The notes under the pieces are model-generated. The model had not been told where the DNA came from and made no database searches. It was given only the letters and a program-made list of their open reading frames with translations. Position numbers and translations under genes: made by a program. This document shows, piece by piece, positions 58,482 through 61,820 of a stretch of DNA of 61,820 bases. This DNA is from Thermodesulfobacteriota bacterium (GTDB lineage: Bacteria; Desulfobacterota; Desulfomonilia; UBA1062): assembly GCA_034716155.1 (NCBI GenBank), contig JAYEFR010000108.1, positions 1 to 61,820 of the forward strand, in the 5' to 3' direction. The first letter of the stretch is position 1; each line of letters opens with the position of its first letter.

Positions 58482-59147
58482 TTATTTCCCCCTTTTAAAC
58501 TTAGCCCGTACTCTTCCTCCAACCATACGCAATCCCCATGAAACAAAAGGAGGCCTTTGATCAAGCACCGCTCCCACTAATGTATTTGATGCATCAGAGA
58601 ACTCCTTTTTATCAATGTTCGAGACCACACCAGATATGATCTCCCCTATGAGTTCAGGGTTTTCTTGATAAATTTTGTTGATATAGCGCGAAGCAGAATT
58701 GATCCCACTCCCAATAGCCTTTGCTCCAGGGCCCCTTATCCCATCAACGATAGCAACCCTTAACTCTGGGGAGGCATCCAATATCCCCTTGAGGAGTTTA
58801 GCGTAAGCATTTAGACCTTCCTTAAACCCTTCCTTATCAATATCGCCTCCAATATTTACTATAAAAACCTTCAAGAGCTGAGGCGGGAATGCACCTGCTA
58901 TTTGTTTGCCCATCTCTGATAATGCCCCTATAACCCAATTGATAATTGCAGGTATCGAACCCATAATTGAGAGGATGACCTCCGGGTCTTCCCAGATAAG
59001 AGTCTTTATCATAGAGGTGCCATTCTTAGGATCTATGTTACTTAAGTAATCCCTGATGATATCCTTAAAAAGAGGGGTTCGCAGAATTTCTTTGAGTATA
59101 CCCCCTGACTTTTCATTACTATCCAATATTTGTTCTATCTTATCCAT
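58482..59147 (-). CDS. Unknown helical protein (paralog 2)
   Basis: ILKEILRTP.FK...IDP...KTLIWEDPE..LS.MG..P.IIN...FPP.L...DIDKE. Confidence 0.78.
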   Translation of the reverse strand: MDKIEQILDSNEKSGGILKEILRTPLFKDIIRDYLSNIDPKNGTSMIKTLIWEDPEVILSIMGSIPAIINWVIGALSEMGKQIAGAFPPQLLKVFIVNIGGDIDKEGFKEGLNAYAKLLKGILDASPELRVAIVDGIRGPGAKAIGSGINSASRYINKIYQENPELIGEIISGVVSNIDKKEFSDASNTLVGAVLDQRPPFVSWGLRMVGGRVRAKFKRGK

Positions 59148-59148
59148 T

Positions 59149-59562
59149 TTATTCTCCTTTCATTGGCTCTTTCCCATCTAATAATTCAGAAAATATTGGA
59201 GATAGATTATTTATAATCTTTGACAAATTACTAAGGGCCCTTTCCATTGTCTCTTTATCAATATCCTGTACTATTGCACGGGCAAAATTTTGAATAAGGT
59301 CTGGGGGAAAGTTTTCTATCTGCAGGCCCACCTCGTCCAGGGCCTTTATGATGGTATTGATAATAGAGGGGGCTGCCCCCATCAAAGACAAAACCAATTC
59401 AGGATCTTGCCATATAAGGGTTTTTACCAGGTCACGTGCAGACTCCGGATCAATACTGTTTAATACAGATCTAATGGTGTTTTTGCATACCGGCTTTTTC
59501 AGCAATTCCCTTAAAATTCGGTTTATTGCATCTATAATCCCTTTATTTATAGTATTTGCCAT
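59149..59562 (-). CDS. Unknown helical protein (paralog 1)
   Basis: AGGAGG RBS; ILRELLKKP...IDP...KTLIWQDPE..LSLMG..P.IIN...FPP.L...DIDKE. Confidence 0.78.
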   Translation of the reverse strand: MANTINKGIIDAINRILRELLKKPVCKNTIRSVLNSIDPESARDLVKTLIWQDPELVLSLMGAAPSIINTIIKALDEVGLQIENFPPDLIQNFARAIVQDIDKETMERALSNLSKIINNLSPIFSELLDGKEPMKGE

Positions 59563-59572
59563 AATCTTCCTC

Positions 59573-60826
59573 CTATAGAGTCTTACAGTCAAAAAAGTGC
59601 CTTGCTGTTTCCATCTGGCAAAGCTGTTTCCCACCTTCCCATAGCTGTATTATCTTTAGATCCCTCCAGTGCTTTTCAATATCCCACTGCCTATCAGCGC
59701 CATATGTCCCCAGGACCTCCATTGCCTTCTCACAGTCTTTCATAACCCGGTCACATATGAACATCTTGTACATCCTTGCCTTCGCACCTACCTCTGCAGA
59801 CCATCTCGGACCGTACAGGTCAGGCCGATCCAGCATTCTTGCCATGCGGTAGAGTACAACCCGGCTGATCTCTATCCCCGTCACGATCTCTGAGAGCTCA
59901 GCTGCTATTGCATCATGCTCTTTAAGCGGCCTCCCATTAAGGGTTTTTTTTGAACAAAAGTCATAAAGTGTATCATATACATCCATCATAGCCCCTGTAC
60001 AGAATCCAGTTGTTATCATAGCCATGGTCATAACTTCTCTAAAATACAGGGCATCGGTTCCCGGCCCCCATGCCCTGTACCAGGATGGAACTCTCACATC
60101 CTCGAACCAGACATCACTGTTTTTATCTGCGGATATCCCTGTCTTCTCATAGGGCTTGCCCTGGGTCACGCCAGGGGTATCAGCAGGTACAAGGATAAAG
60201 GCCATGTCTTTTTCATCATCTGAGCCTGGCTTTGTAGTACATACTAGCCCTATAAGATCAGCAACGCCGCCTGAATTGCTAGGCCACAATTTATGGCCGT
60301 TTATCACCCACTCATCACCATCAAGCACTGCTGTAGTCTTTATCGTCCTTCCATGTAAAATCTCCAGATTTTCTATGTCAGAGCCCCCTTGAGGCTCTGT
60401 CATAAATACTCCTCCAAAAAAAGGCTTGTCTCCTGTATACATTGGGGCAAACTCGGCGCATAATCTCCTGTTCACATGAGGTTTTGCAGCTATCATCATG
60501 AGAGGCCAAAAGCCTGCTGCATAGGCTATAGCTACCCCTGGATCAGCCCTTCCCATCTCTTCAAAGAACAAGGCGGCAAAGGTTCCTAAATAATCACTCT
60601 CCGCCACTCCCCAGCCTCCGAATTCAGCCGGGATAAAGACCTTCTGAAGTCCTAGATCTATCATCAAGGCCTTAAGCGCCGGCTCGATAATTGTATCGTC
60701 ATCCCAGGCTTCATCATACTGCCTTCGCATGGGCATGACATAAGTATCCGCCCAAATTCTTATAATATCCTTTATCTTTATGGCTGGGGAAAATATCTCA
60801 TTTGATAATTTATCTAATCTATTCAT
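59573..60826 (-). CDS. Acyl-CoA dehydrogenase, probable catalytic subunit
   Basis: P.EFGG.G, MTEP.GGSD, INGHK.W, EKHWRD.K..QLWEGG with Glu. Confidence 0.9.
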   Translation of the reverse strand: MNRLDKLSNEIFSPAIKIKDIIRIWADTYVMPMRRQYDEAWDDDTIIEPALKALMIDLGLQKVFIPAEFGGWGVAESDYLGTFAALFFEEMGRADPGVAIAYAAGFWPLMMIAAKPHVNRRLCAEFAPMYTGDKPFFGGVFMTEPQGGSDIENLEILHGRTIKTTAVLDGDEWVINGHKLWPSNSGGVADLIGLVCTTKPGSDDEKDMAFILVPADTPGVTQGKPYEKTGISADKNSDVWFEDVRVPSWYRAWGPGTDALYFREVMTMAMITTGFCTGAMMDVYDTLYDFCSKKTLNGRPLKEHDAIAAELSEIVTGIEISRVVLYRMARMLDRPDLYGPRWSAEVGAKARMYKMFICDRVMKDCEKAMEVLGTYGADRQWDIEKHWRDLKIIQLWEGGKQLCQMETARHFFDCKTL

Positions 60827-60847
60827 ATTATTCCTCCTTTTGTTCTT

Positions 60848-61820
60848 CTAAAGGCTCGTTGAGCCATAATAAGCCCTGGCCACATCCATCTCAACAGGAG
60901 TCCTCCCTCCAAGGTAGACCTGCAGGGTCTTCAGGTCTCGCCAGTGTTTTTCCACATTCCATTCCTTGGCATATCCCGCTGACCCCATCAATTCCATGGC
61001 CCTGTTTATTGCATGAATGCAGGAATCTAAGACCTTTATTGAAACAGTCTCTGCAAGGATAAAGAGAGTTTCCGCCTTGATTCCAAACGCCACTGGTTTT
61101 GCAATAGCCCTGGCTAGACTATGCACAAGAAGCCTGGAATTTATGATATCCATCGCTACCTGAGCAAGCACTGCTGCATCCATGGGGTTTTCCTTGAGCA
61201 GCCCCCCTGTCTTTATCACCCTGTTATCCGCCCAATCCTTAACAAGCCTGTAGACATCCATTGTTGAACCTACGGCTATAGCACCCGAAAAGAGATCTAT
61301 CCATGTGATAAGCCTCTTATAAGCCAGCTCATCAATAGGAATAACATGACCGGCAGAGACCTTAACCTTCTTAAAGTCAACATCTGCATTGCGGCTTGCT
61401 AAAAGGCCGGTAGTCTTTAATAGCTCTCCTTTCTTCACACCAGGTCCTTTCCCCGGCACAAGGGCAAGGACGAATCCATCAGGCGCCTCCGCGATTACTG
61501 CATACATGCACGCATTGTGACCTGAATTAATGGGCCTGGCATTCTTTGCATTCAATACCCAGACATCTCCATCCTTTTTCATATCAGCCTGGACTTCTCT
61601 ACCTGAGAGTGTCTTGCGGGGGTCTGTATCAACATTGCCCAAACCAGGAAGTATCAGGGAAAACAGCTTTACATCATCCATGCTGCAAAAAATAGAGCTA
61701 ATCTCCTTTTTGATATCCTTATCAATCTTTTGGTCCGCTATGAGCGTGGCTCCCAGGGCCATGTTCATAGCGGATATATATCCAATCCCTGGATCAGCCC
61801 TGCCGATCTCCTCATATGCC
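60848..61820 (-). CDS. Acyl-CoA dehydrogenase-like subunit, degenerate (5' end outside the window)
   Basis: Frame open to the window edge (AYEEIGRADPG...); MELMGSAGY..EW.VEKHWRD; YLGG in place of WEGG; no TEP motif. Confidence 0.85.
   Translation of the reverse strand, partial: AYEEIGRADPGIGYISAMNMALGATLIADQKIDKDIKKEISSIFCSMDDVKLFSLILPGLGNVDTDPRKTLSGREVQADMKKDGDVWVLNAKNARPINSGHNACMYAVIAEAPDGFVLALVPGKGPGVKKGELLKTTGLLASRNADVDFKKVKVSAGHVIPIDELAYKRLITWIDLFSGAIAVGSTMDVYRLVKDWADNRVIKTGGLLKENPMDAAVLAQVAMDIINSRLLVHSLARAIAKPVAFGIKAETLFILAETVSIKVLDSCIHAINRAMELMGSAGYAKEWNVEKHWRDLKTLQVYLGGRTPVEMDVARAYYGSTSL

Overview
A 61.8 kb window of mostly housekeeping genes from an anaerobic bacterium. Gene content and order (rpsF-rpsR-yybS-rplI-dnaB, rapZ-PTS-rimI, SmsCB, M23-secA-argJ) suggest a Deltaproteobacteria/Desulfobacterota-type organism; this is an inference. 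Three things stand out. (1) There are two paralogous type IV pilus tip cassettes (pilX-pilY1-small secreted protein). One lies in a comEC-fimT-pilW-pilV operon; the other is an orphan under its own sigma54-like promoter. The cassettes are diverged throughout except for a 101-bp segment (98/101 identical) encoding the PilX N-terminal helix, which suggests swappable adhesin modules for one pilus. (2) A minus-strand cluster at the right end combines a probable heteromeric acyl-CoA dehydrogenase pair, three paralogous unknown helical proteins, a four-subunit Bcr/Hgd-type ATP-dependent radical enzyme set, a truncated ACS-like protein and a CooC ATPase. I cannot assign it to a known pathway. (3) There are many small non-autonomous repeats: a nested MITE with a 7-bp TSD, GTAG-REPs, a deleted GxxExxY element, and 7-mer and 8-mer inverted elements. 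One 27-bp palindromic element appears to form the start and leader peptide of pilV, with a decayed copy in pilW. No rRNA, tRNA, CRISPR array or intact transposase was seen. All family calls come from motif recognition, not database searches.
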